Part shown: positions 53,799 through 61,083 of the stretch, piece by piece | Position numbering within the stretch: the first letter of the stretch is position 1 | Layout of the letters: each line of letters begins with the position of its first letter | DNA from: an uncultured Verrucomicrobiota bacterium | GTDB taxonomy: Bacteria; Verrucomicrobiota; Verrucomicrobiia; Limisphaerales; UBA9464 | Direction: 5' to 3' | Length of the DNA: 64,000 bases | Assembly (NCBI GenBank): GCA_964525755.1 | Contig: CAZGIK010000021.1 | Location: 10,088-74,087, forward strand | Translations under genes and position numbers: made by a program | The notes under the pieces: generated by a model | Database searches by the model: none | The model's input: only the letters and a program-made list of their open reading frames with translations | What the model was told of the DNA's origin: nothing

Positions 53799-54041
53799 GT
53801 GAAAACCGTCTCGATCATGGAAGCCCAGCACAACCTCTCGCGGGTCTTGAAGCTGGTGGAGTCCGGGCACGAGGTTGGCATCACCCGGAGGAACAGGATT
53901 GTGGCACGCCTCCTTCCCCCGCGTGACGCGGGCGCGGTCGAGTTCCCCGATTTCGGTGCCCGTGCGCGCGCCATCTGGGCGGGAGGATGGAAGGGGGCGT
54001 CCTCGGATGCCCTGCTTCACGAGGGTCGTGGTGACCGATGA
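53799..54041 (+). CDS. Type II antitoxin, Phd/YefM (prevent-host-death) family
   Basis: In-frame tail of track ORF 53499..54041(+), from GTG 53799: VKTVSIMEAQHNLSRVLKLVESGHEVGITRRNRIVARLLPP is the typical antitoxin N-terminus. ATG 53817 is an alternative start. Confidence 0.78.
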   Translation: MKTVSIMEAQHNLSRVLKLVESGHEVGITRRNRIVARLLPPRDAGAVEFPDFGARARAIWAGGWKGASSDALLHEGRGDR

Positions 54042-54493
54042 CGACCTATTACGACACGGGCCTGCTTCTCAAGCTGTATACCTCGGAGCCTGCCTCCGAA
54101 CTCGTGGAGGCGTTCGTCAAACGGAGACGGACGCGTCTGCCGGTCCACGCTCTGCACCTGGCGGAGATGACTGCGGCTCTCCGGTTGAAGCAGTTCCGGG
54201 GAGAGTGTCTGTCGGCCGAGGCGGAACGGGCCCTGGCCTGTATCGACGAGGACCTCGGTGCGGGGATTCTGAACTCGGTGCCGCTCGATTGGGACGAGGC
54301 ATGGCGCCAATGTCGGGAGCTGTCCCGACTGCATGCCGACGAGGCAGGCTGTCGCACACTCGACACCCTGCACGTCGCGTGTGCGATCCAGCTGCGTTTC
54401 GGCGAGTTCGCGACATCCGATGCCCGTCAGGCGGGTTTGGCGCGGAGGTGCAAGCTGCGCGTCGTGGACCCCGCCGGGCGTCTGACGACCTGA
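54038..54493 (+). CDS. vapC: Type II toxin, PIN-domain ribonuclease VapC
   Basis: ATGA overlap with the antitoxin. MTTYYDTGLLLKL supplies the first acidic residue. Further conserved acidic positions are in HLAEM, TLDTLHVA and ATSDARQ. The 151-aa size is typical. Confidence 0.8.
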   Translation: MTTYYDTGLLLKLYTSEPASELVEAFVKRRRTRLPVHALHLAEMTAALRLKQFRGECLSAEAERALACIDEDLGAGILNSVPLDWDEAWRQCRELSRLHADEAGCRTLDTLHVACAIQLRFGEFATSDARQAGLARRCKLRVVDPAGRLTT

Positions 54494-54513
54494 ACTGACC
54501 CGAACGAGAGGCG

Positions 54514-54550
54514 TTTCCAGGCCCCGTCGGAGTTTCCGGTCGCCTGGAAA
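54514..54550. terminator. Hairpin between convergent vapC and ribD-like genes (possible bidirectional terminator)
   Basis: TTTCCAGGC (54514-22) and GCCTGGAAA (54542-50) form a perfect 9-bp inverted repeat with a 19-nt loop. A/T-rich stem ends give U-runs on either strand. Confidence 0.3.
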
Positions 54551-54609
54551 GCCAGGTCGAGGGACGGCGAGCGCCATCCGTCCGAAGGCATGGACGCCGG
54601 GGTGGGAGA

Positions 54610-55371
54610 TCACGGTCCCGGGCTGCCGGGGACTGCACGGCCGCGCCGGACCACCCGGTAGACCAGGAACATCTCGTCCCCCGACCGACGGGCCCGGACC
54701 AACTCGAGGCGGGTCGCGTCGGCAAGCCGGTCGAATCCCCCGCCGCCCGCCAGGGTCGGGGCGGTGCGCCCGCCGAAGACCCGGGGGCAGACGGTCAGGT
54801 GGAGTTCATCGACCAGCCCCGCCCGGAAGAGGGCGAAGTTCAGCTCCCCGCCGCCCTCGGCCAGCAGGTGACGCACCCCGTGCTCCCGACGAAGCCAGGC
54901 GAGGGCCGCCGCCAGGTCGACGCCGGCCCCCGGGCTCTCCCAGACGGCGTCGGCACGTTCCGACAGAGTACGGCGTCGGGCGGCCGTCAGCCCGCCGCCG
55001 GTGATCACCAGGAGGGGGCTGCCCCGATACGACCAGACCGGCGCCTGCGGGGAGACCGTGCCGCGGCCGGTGACCAACACCCGGAAGGCCGGCCGGTCCA
55101 GGCCGAGACCCCGGCGGATCCGCAGGTACTTCTCCCCGCCGTGATCCATCACCGCACCGCTCTCCTCGACCGTCCGGGCACCGCACAGGATCGCATCGGC
55201 CCCGGCCCGGAGCCGGTGGAGGTTGTCGATGTCCCGCGGGCTGCCGAAACCGGGGACATTCCGCGCGGCGGTGTTGATCTTGCCGTCGGCCGTCATGGCC
55301 ATGTTGATCCGCACCCGGGGACGGTCGACCGACTCCGGTGGCGGCGCGGCGGGGGTGGGGCGCGGCGTCAT
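54610..55371 (-). CDS. RibD C-terminal-domain (DHFR-fold) pyrimidine reductase-like protein
   Basis: RPRVRINMAMTADGKINTA...SPRDIDNLHRLRAGADAILCGARTV...HLLAEGGGELNFALFRAGLVDELHLTVCPRVFGG fits the 2,5-diamino-6-ribosylamino-pyrimidinone 5'-phosphate reductase family pattern. There is no deaminase domain. Confidence 0.78.
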   Translation of the reverse strand: MTPRPTPAAPPPESVDRPRVRINMAMTADGKINTAARNVPGFGSPRDIDNLHRLRAGADAILCGARTVEESGAVMDHGGEKYLRIRRGLGLDRPAFRVLVTGRGTVSPQAPVWSYRGSPLLVITGGGLTAARRRTLSERADAVWESPGAGVDLAAALAWLRREHGVRHLLAEGGGELNFALFRAGLVDELHLTVCPRVFGGRTAPTLAGGGGFDRLADATRLELVRARRSGDEMFLVYRVVRRGRAVPGSPGP

Positions 55372-56447
55372 TGGAGGAGCATGGCGTCGCCGTAGCTGAA
55401 GAACCGGTACCCGTGCCGGATCGCCTCGCGGTAGGCGGCGAGGATGCGGTCGCGTCCCGCCTCGCCGCCCGGGTCGGCAAACGCGCTGACCAGCATCAGG
55501 AGGGTGCTTTCGGGCAGGTGGAAATTGGTGATCAGGGCGTCGACCACGTGGAACGGTGCCGGCGGGTGGAGGAAGATGTCGGTGGTTCCCGGCCCGGTCG
55601 GAAGCCCCTCTCCGGGAGGCACCCGACGGGCCAGGGTTTCCAGCACCCGGACGGTGGTGGTCCCCACCGCCACCACCCGCCCACCGGACGCCCGGGTCCG
55701 GGCGATGGCGGCCGCCGTGCCGGTGGGAAGGTCGAACCTCTCGGTATGCATCCGATGCTCCGTCACCTGGTCGACCTTCACCGGGAGAAACGTGCCCCCG
55801 CCCACGTGCAGGGTGACATGGGCGATTCCAATGCCCTGTGCCTGGATGTCGTGCAGCAGCCGTTCAGTGAAGTGCAGGCCCGCGGTCGGGGCCGCCACCG
55901 ATCCGGGATGGCGGGCATAGACGGTCTGATAACGTTCACGGTCCCGTTCCGATGGTCCACCGGCCGGGTGGATGTACGGGGGGAGTGGGGGTTCGCCGAT
56001 CGTCTCCAGGTTCCGGGCGAGTTCGAGGGGATCGGCGAAGCGGAGCTGGCAGTGGCCGTCGGAGTTCTTGGCCTGCACCTCGGCGGTGAGGTCCGTGGGT
56101 TGGCCCTGCCGGTCGTGGAACCGCAGGCGGGTTCCCGGTCGCACCCGTTTGCCCGGTCGGAGCAACGTCCACCAGGTGCCCGGGGAATCCTCCGACAGCA
56201 GCAGCACCTCGATGGAGCCCCCGGAGTCCTCCTTGGCGCCCCGGAGGCGGGCGGGGATGACCCGCGAATCGTTCAGGACCAGCAGGTCGCCCGGGCGGAG
56301 GTGGCGGACGATCCCGGGGAACCGTTCGTGCGACGTCCCCCCCGAGGCCCGGTCGACAACCAGGAGGCGGGACCCGTCGCGCTCGGGTGCCGGTTCCTGG
56401 GCGATGAGTTCCGGGGGCAGGTCGTAATGGAAATCGGCGGTCCGCAC
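55368..56447 (-). CDS. queA: S-adenosylmethionine:tRNA ribosyltransferase-isomerase
   Basis: Track ORF 55368..56489(-). The start is moved to GTG 56447, giving MRTADFHYDLPPELIAQEP (compare E. coli MRVTDFSFELPESLIA). It also has GHCQLRF, VAAPTAGLHFT, LHVGGGTFLPV and VVAVGTTTVRVLE. The stop overlaps the downstream ATG (ATGA). Confidence 0.92.
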   Translation of the reverse strand: MRTADFHYDLPPELIAQEPAPERDGSRLLVVDRASGGTSHERFPGIVRHLRPGDLLVLNDSRVIPARLRGAKEDSGGSIEVLLLSEDSPGTWWTLLRPGKRVRPGTRLRFHDRQGQPTDLTAEVQAKNSDGHCQLRFADPLELARNLETIGEPPLPPYIHPAGGPSERDRERYQTVYARHPGSVAAPTAGLHFTERLLHDIQAQGIGIAHVTLHVGGGTFLPVKVDQVTEHRMHTERFDLPTGTAAAIARTRASGGRVVAVGTTTVRVLETLARRVPPGEGLPTGPGTTDIFLHPPAPFHVVDALITNFHLPESTLLMLVSAFADPGGEAGRDRILAAYREAIRHGYRFFSYGDAMLLQ

Positions 56448-56587
56448 GCGGGCCAAGAATTGCGCGGGGCCAGCCCGCGACAACGTCAATCTGACGTCCC
56501 CCCGTTCCGGCAGCCGCCCGTGGAAGGGGGGCGGCGGACATGGAGCCGTCTGGCCGTCAACGGGTTGTCAGCACAGGGTTGTCGGGT

Positions 56588-56702
56588 CTGGGGGGTAAAG
56601 TGTCTGTGAGTAATTCCAAGGGGTAAATTATTGACCCTTTGGGGGGCTTAGGAGTACCAAGGGTTCGCTGTCCGAAGTTGTCGCCGCACCCCCGGCTCTC
56701 CC
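56588..56702 (+). promoter_or_regulatory. AT-richer island upstream of mraZ with G-tract direct repeats (candidate dcw promoter/MraZ operator region)
   Basis: GGGGTAAA occurs at 56592-99 and 56620-27. CCAAGGG occurs at 56617-23 and 56658-64. There is a TTGACC -35-like hexamer at 56631-36, but I could not find a convincing -10. Confidence 0.35.
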
Positions 56703-57233
56703 ATGACCTCCGCCCCCCTTCCTGAAGCCGCGATGGCGCCGGATTCCCCCGGCGGTGCGGCGCGTGGGGGTGGGGTGGCGAGGCCGTTGTTCACCTACCG
56801 GTACAAGCACGGGGTGGACACCCAGGGGCGGATCCAGTTTCCGAGCCGATGGAAGCTCCGTGCGACCGACACCGAGCTGGTGGCGGTGCTGGTGCATCAT
56901 CGACTGCTGAAGCAGGACTACGTGCTGGTGCTGCCCTACGACCTTTTTGATGTGTTCACCGGGCCGCTGCGGTCCGGTGGGTTCACCGACACCACTGCCC
57001 AGGCGTTCCGGCACGAGTACGCGGAGCGGATGATGACCATCGACCTCGACGGTTCGGGACGGTTCAGCCTGCCGTCCGAGCTGCGGGGGCCCGCGGGGCT
57101 GGAGAAGGAGGCCCTGCTGGTGGGGTGTGTAGACCGGTTTGAGATCTGGAATCCGGCCGCCTACGAGGCGGCGAGGGAGCGGGAGCGGGGCTTCATCGAC
57201 GGCATCAAGGCGACCGACCGCATCGAGCTATGA
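56703..57233 (+). CDS. mraZ: Transcriptional regulator MraZ
   Basis: YKHGVDTQGRIQFPSRWK and DLDGSGRFSLPSELR are the two SpoVT/AbrB-like MraZ repeats (DxxGR-hydrophobic-x-hydrophobic-P). It is the first gene of the dcw cluster. The N-terminal ~25 aa are an extension, and the true start may be internal. Confidence 0.88.
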   Translation: MTSAPLPEAAMAPDSPGGAARGGGVARPLFTYRYKHGVDTQGRIQFPSRWKLRATDTELVAVLVHHRLLKQDYVLVLPYDLFDVFTGPLRSGGFTDTTAQAFRHEYAERMMTIDLDGSGRFSLPSELRGPAGLEKEALLVGCVDRFEIWNPAAYEAARERERGFIDGIKATDRIEL

Positions 57234-57583
57234 ACTGGTTCAAACGACTTTTTCGCCGGAAGACCTCCCGGCAGGCGACGACCCCTGCGGCTTCCCCGAT
57301 GCCTGCGGGGCGGCGGGGGTGGTGGGCGCGGTGGCGTCGTCGGGGCGAGGTCCCGGTGCGGAACCCACGGCAGCTGGAGATGCTGCTCAGTGGGGTACGG
57401 CCGGTGCGCAATTCTCTTCTGGATGACGATGTCGAGGTCGTGAAGCGGCCCCGGTCCCGTCTGATCTATGAGACCAAGCCGGCCTCCGGCGCCCAGCGTG
57501 CGCACCTGGAGGAGGAATCCAACCGCGCGTGGGAGCGTCTGCGGGGCCGGCAACTGGATCGGTTGAAGGTTTCGGCCGACTGA
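57230..57583 (+). CDS. Hypothetical Arg-rich 117-aa protein inserted between mraZ and rsmH
   Basis: The ATG overlaps the mraZ stop (ATGA) and the ORF ends 13 nt before the rsmH GTG. Codons mostly end in G/C, as in neighbouring genes. I recognise no motif. Confidence 0.45.
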   Translation: MNWFKRLFRRKTSRQATTPAASPMPAGRRGWWARWRRRGEVPVRNPRQLEMLLSGVRPVRNSLLDDDVEVVKRPRSRLIYETKPASGAQRAHLEEESNRAWERLRGRQLDRLKVSAD

Positions 57584-57596
57584 ACCCCGGGCATGC

Positions 57597-58526
57597 GTGC
57601 AGCCTTCGTTCGACCACATCCCGGTGATGCTGCCGGAGGCGCTGGCGGCGCTGGGAGTGCGCCCGGGCGGCCGCTGGCTGGACGGTACGGCGGGTGGCGG
57701 CGGGCATTCCGAGGCCATCTTGGCGGCGACGTCGCCGACGGGCTTCCTGTGGGCGTGCGACCAAGATGGCGACGCGCTTGAGGCGACGGCCCGGCGCCTG
57801 GCCGGGTACGCGGGCCGGTTCGAGCTGCGTCGGATGAATTTCGCCGAGATCGGCACCTGGGTGCCGGCGGGCTCGTGCGACGGCGTCCTGCTGGATCTCG
57901 GCGTCAGTTCGCATCAGCTCGATACCGGCGACCGCGGGTTCAGTTTCCAGCAGGACGGGCCGCTGGACATGAGGATGGACCGTCGGTCGGGGCTGACGGC
58001 GGCGGATGTGGTGAATGACTGGCCGGAGGCCGACCTGGTGGCGGTGCTCCGGGAACTGGGAGAGGAACCGGCGGCCCGGCGGATCGCCCGGGCCGTGGTG
58101 GATGATCGGCAGGTGAGACGGATGACGACAACGGGGCAACTGGCGGCGTGTGTGGCCCGGGTGATCCCCCGGCGGGGCCGCACCCACCCGGCCACGCGGA
58201 CCTTCCAGGCCATCCGGCTGGCGGTGAACCGGGAGCTCGACGTCCTGCCCCTCGGCCTCGAGGCGGGGTTCGGGGCGCTCGCGCCCGGCGGGCGGCTGGT
58301 CGTCATCACTTTCCACTCCCTCGAAGACCGGATCGTCAAGCGGACGTTCCGTGATCTCTGCCGGGACTACGATTTTCCGGGCGCGGTGGACGTGCCTGAG
58401 CTCCGGGTGCCGCGGGTTCCCCGGGCGCGGGCGGTGACCCGCAGCGCGCTGGCACCGGGCGACGCGGAGCTGGCGGTCAATCCCCGCGCGCGGAGCGCCC
58501 GGCTCCGGGCGATCGAGAAACTCTGA
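57597..58526 (+). CDS. rsmH: 16S rRNA (cytosine1402-N4)-methyltransferase
   Basis: FDHIPVMLPEALAAL...WLDGTAGGGGHSEAIL...LLDLGVSSHQLD...FHSLEDRIVK are canonical RsmH motifs. GTG start. Confidence 0.93.
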   Translation: MQPSFDHIPVMLPEALAALGVRPGGRWLDGTAGGGGHSEAILAATSPTGFLWACDQDGDALEATARRLAGYAGRFELRRMNFAEIGTWVPAGSCDGVLLDLGVSSHQLDTGDRGFSFQQDGPLDMRMDRRSGLTAADVVNDWPEADLVAVLRELGEEPAARRIARAVVDDRQVRRMTTTGQLAACVARVIPRRGRTHPATRTFQAIRLAVNRELDVLPLGLEAGFGALAPGGRLVVITFHSLEDRIVKRTFRDLCRDYDFPGAVDVPELRVPRVPRARAVTRSALAPGDAELAVNPRARSARLRAIEKL

Positions 58527-58533
58527 GACGACG

Positions 58534-58968
58534 ATGGCAAGGAATCGAAAACGGGAGGATGTCGCCCTGCGGTGGGGCACGTTGGTGCGGTCGTTGCTGG
58601 CCTCGCTGGCGATCGCCGGACTCGGCGTCGGCTACGTCCGGCAATCCATCGTTCAGGATCGCCTGGGCAGGGAATGGAACAAGCTGGAGCAGCAGAACGA
58701 GGAGCTGACCCGGGCCATCTCCGCCCAGCGGCACCAGCTCAGCCAGCTCAAGTCGGGCGAGGGCCTGAGGGTCCTCATGGCCCGGCACGGGATCTCCCTG
58801 ACGAATCCGTCGCCCGCCCGCCGGATCTACCTGGAACTGCCCGTCCGTCCGGTGGAGGGCATGTCCGCCCCGGCGATGGCCCGCGGCCGGTCGATCACCC
58901 CGGCTCGCGTCCTCCCGGCACGCACCACCTCCGCCCTCGCCACGCTCAACACGCCCACCCCTCCCTGA
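58534..58968 (+). CDS. ftsL: FtsL-like cell division protein (single TM + coiled coil)
   Basis: Its position between rsmH and ftsI fits ftsL. It has a TM helix LVRSLLASLAIAGLGVGYV followed by the coiled-coil-like LGREWNKLEQQNEELTRAISAQRHQLSQL. The call rests on position and architecture only. Confidence 0.6.
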   Translation: MARNRKREDVALRWGTLVRSLLASLAIAGLGVGYVRQSIVQDRLGREWNKLEQQNEELTRAISAQRHQLSQLKSGEGLRVLMARHGISLTNPSPARRIYLELPVRPVEGMSAPAMARGRSITPARVLPARTTSALATLNTPTPP

Positions 58969-58970
58969 CC

Positions 58971-61082
58971 GTGCCCGACGCGCCGTCCACCCACCGACGC
59001 CTGCACTTCATCACCGCGCTGTTCGTGGTGGTGCTGTGCGGCCTCGCGGTGCGGCTGGTCCATGTCCAGGGGATCGCCCCGATGCACGCCGGGCCGGCGG
59101 AGGACGCCCTCCAGAAGATCCCGCTGCCGGCGCGGCGCGGTGCGGTCCACGACGTCCATGGAACCCTCCTGGCCCATTCGCGCTTCGTCTACGACCTGAA
59201 GGTGGATCCGGTCCTGCTCGGCCCTCACGCCGCCGAGTTCGCCCGCTTCACCGCACCGTTGCTCGGGATCCCCGAGGAGCAGCTCGTGCCGCTGTTCACG
59301 CCCCGCGGGGAACGTCGGACCCGGAAGGAAGTGGAACGGGATCCGGGCGGGCGCTGGCGGACCAACGAGGTCGCCTTCCTGTTCACCAACCGGGCGGTTG
59401 CGGTGCGTTCCCAGGTGGAACCCCGGGAGTGGGCGTCGATCCGGAGCCAGATCCGCACCAACTTCCAGCTGGCGGCCCGGGCCGAGGCGGCCCGCGACCT
59501 GGCCGCGGTGGCCGCCGTGTCGCCCAACCTCGCCGGCAAGCTGCGGCTCGTCGCCTCGGGTGACCTCGCCTCGCTGAACCGGTTCAAGTCCACGCTCAAG
59601 GAGGCCCGGCGCCGACGGGACGCCCTCCGCCTGCAGGAGCTCGAGATGCGGGTCAACGGACTCACGGCCCATGAGGTCGAGATGCGGGCCTATCCGCTCG
59701 GCGGCCTGGCGGCCCACGTCCTCGGCCACACCGACGAAAGCGACACGGCCGCGGCACCGGGCCTTCCCCCGCGACTGAAGGGGATGATGGGCATCGAGTG
59801 GCGCTTCGACCCCGAACTCCAGGGGGTTCCCGGCCAGCGGGTGATCCATACCGCCCGGGGACGGGAACTCGCCTTCCTGCGCGAGCGGGACATCCCGGCG
59901 CGGAACGGTCTTGACGTCCACCTTACCCTCGATGCCCGCGTCCAGATGGCGGTCGAGCGCGCCCTGGACGCCGGGGTCGAGCGGCTCTCGCCCCAGGGGA
60001 TCTCCTGCGTCGTGATGCGTCCCCAGTCCGGTGAGATCCTCGCCATGGGAAGCCGTCCGACCTTCGACCCCAACCGCTTCCGCAAGTACCCGGTCGACTG
60101 GCGCCGGAACCGGGCGCTGGTGGACCCGGTTGAGCCGGGGTCGACGTTCAAGATGGTCACCTATGCCGCGGCCTTTGACCTCGGTCTGGCGACCCCGGAC
60201 TCCCTGGTGGACTGCGAGCACGGGCTGTGGAGTCCCCCCAGCGGGCGGGCGGTCCGGGATGTCGAGGGACACGGGCTCGGGGTGGTCACGGTCGAGGAGG
60301 CGTTCGCCAAGTCCTCCAACGTGGCCGCAGCCAAGTACGGCCTCCAGATCCCCATCCCGGTGTTCCGCGAGTACGCCGGTCGGATGGGCTTTTTCCAGCG
60401 CACCGGAGTCTTTTTCCGCCAGCAGGTCGACACCAACGGCATGCCCTTCGCCAGCTTCGGGGCGGAGGATCCGGGTTCGTTCCCGCCGGTCCGCCGGATC
60501 AACACCGAGCTCCACGGACGGCTCAGCTACGGCTACGGCCTGAAGGCCACCCCGCTGCAGATCGCCGCGGCCATGTCGACCATCGCGAACGGTGGACGGT
60601 ACATGCGGCCGCACCTGGTGCGGCGGCTGACGGCACCGGACGGAACGGTGGTCCGTGAGTTTTCCCCGGAGATGGTGGGCCAGGCGATGCGTCCGGAGAC
60701 GGCGGAGCGGATGCGTCGGATGCTCCGGCGGGTGGTCTCGGATGGCACGGCGCGGCGGGCGGCGCTGGAGGATTACGCCGTGGCCGGAAAGACGGGCACG
60801 GCCCACAAGTTCGTCAACGGCCGCCAGAGCAACGAACACTACACCTCCACCTTCGTCGGCTACCTGCCCGCGGGGAAGCCGGAGCTGTGCATCGTGGTGG
60901 TGGTGGACGAGCCCCGCAAGCGGGGTGCGGGCAGCCACTACGGCGGAACGGCCTGCGGGCCGATCTTCCAGCAGGTCGCCCGGGAGGCCGCAGGCTACCT
61001 GGCCCTGCCGCCCGACATCGAGGAACTGCCCGAGGACCTCACCGTGGTGCGCACGGTGGCCGGACGGGGGAGGGGGGGATGA
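58971..61082 (+). CDS. ftsI: Peptidoglycan D,D-transpeptidase FtsI (class B PBP)
   Basis: In-frame tail of track ORF 58572..61082(+), from GTG 58971 (VPDAPSTHRRLHFITALFVVVLCGLAV, TM anchor). It has an intact SxxK (GSTFKM), SxN (KSSNV) and KTG (GKTGTA). Confidence 0.9.
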   Translation: MPDAPSTHRRLHFITALFVVVLCGLAVRLVHVQGIAPMHAGPAEDALQKIPLPARRGAVHDVHGTLLAHSRFVYDLKVDPVLLGPHAAEFARFTAPLLGIPEEQLVPLFTPRGERRTRKEVERDPGGRWRTNEVAFLFTNRAVAVRSQVEPREWASIRSQIRTNFQLAARAEAARDLAAVAAVSPNLAGKLRLVASGDLASLNRFKSTLKEARRRRDALRLQELEMRVNGLTAHEVEMRAYPLGGLAAHVLGHTDESDTAAAPGLPPRLKGMMGIEWRFDPELQGVPGQRVIHTARGRELAFLRERDIPARNGLDVHLTLDARVQMAVERALDAGVERLSPQGISCVVMRPQSGEILAMGSRPTFDPNRFRKYPVDWRRNRALVDPVEPGSTFKMVTYAAAFDLGLATPDSLVDCEHGLWSPPSGRAVRDVEGHGLGVVTVEEAFAKSSNVAAAKYGLQIPIPVFREYAGRMGFFQRTGVFFRQQVDTNGMPFASFGAEDPGSFPPVRRINTELHGRLSYGYGLKATPLQIAAAMSTIANGGRYMRPHLVRRLTAPDGTVVREFSPEMVGQAMRPETAERMRRMLRRVVSDGTARRAALEDYAVAGKTGTAHKFVNGRQSNEHYTSTFVGYLPAGKPELCIVVVVDEPRKRGAGSHYGGTACGPIFQQVAREAAGYLALPPDIEELPEDLTVVRTVAGRGRGG

Positions 61083-61083
61083 G

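Noticed and set aside
56631-56659. Sigma70-type promoter call for the dcw cluster from the TTGACC hexamer.
   Set aside because: No acceptable -10 hexamer lies at 16-18 nt spacing (the candidates are GTACCA, AGTACC and TACCAA). I kept only a low-confidence regulatory region, not a promoter annotation.
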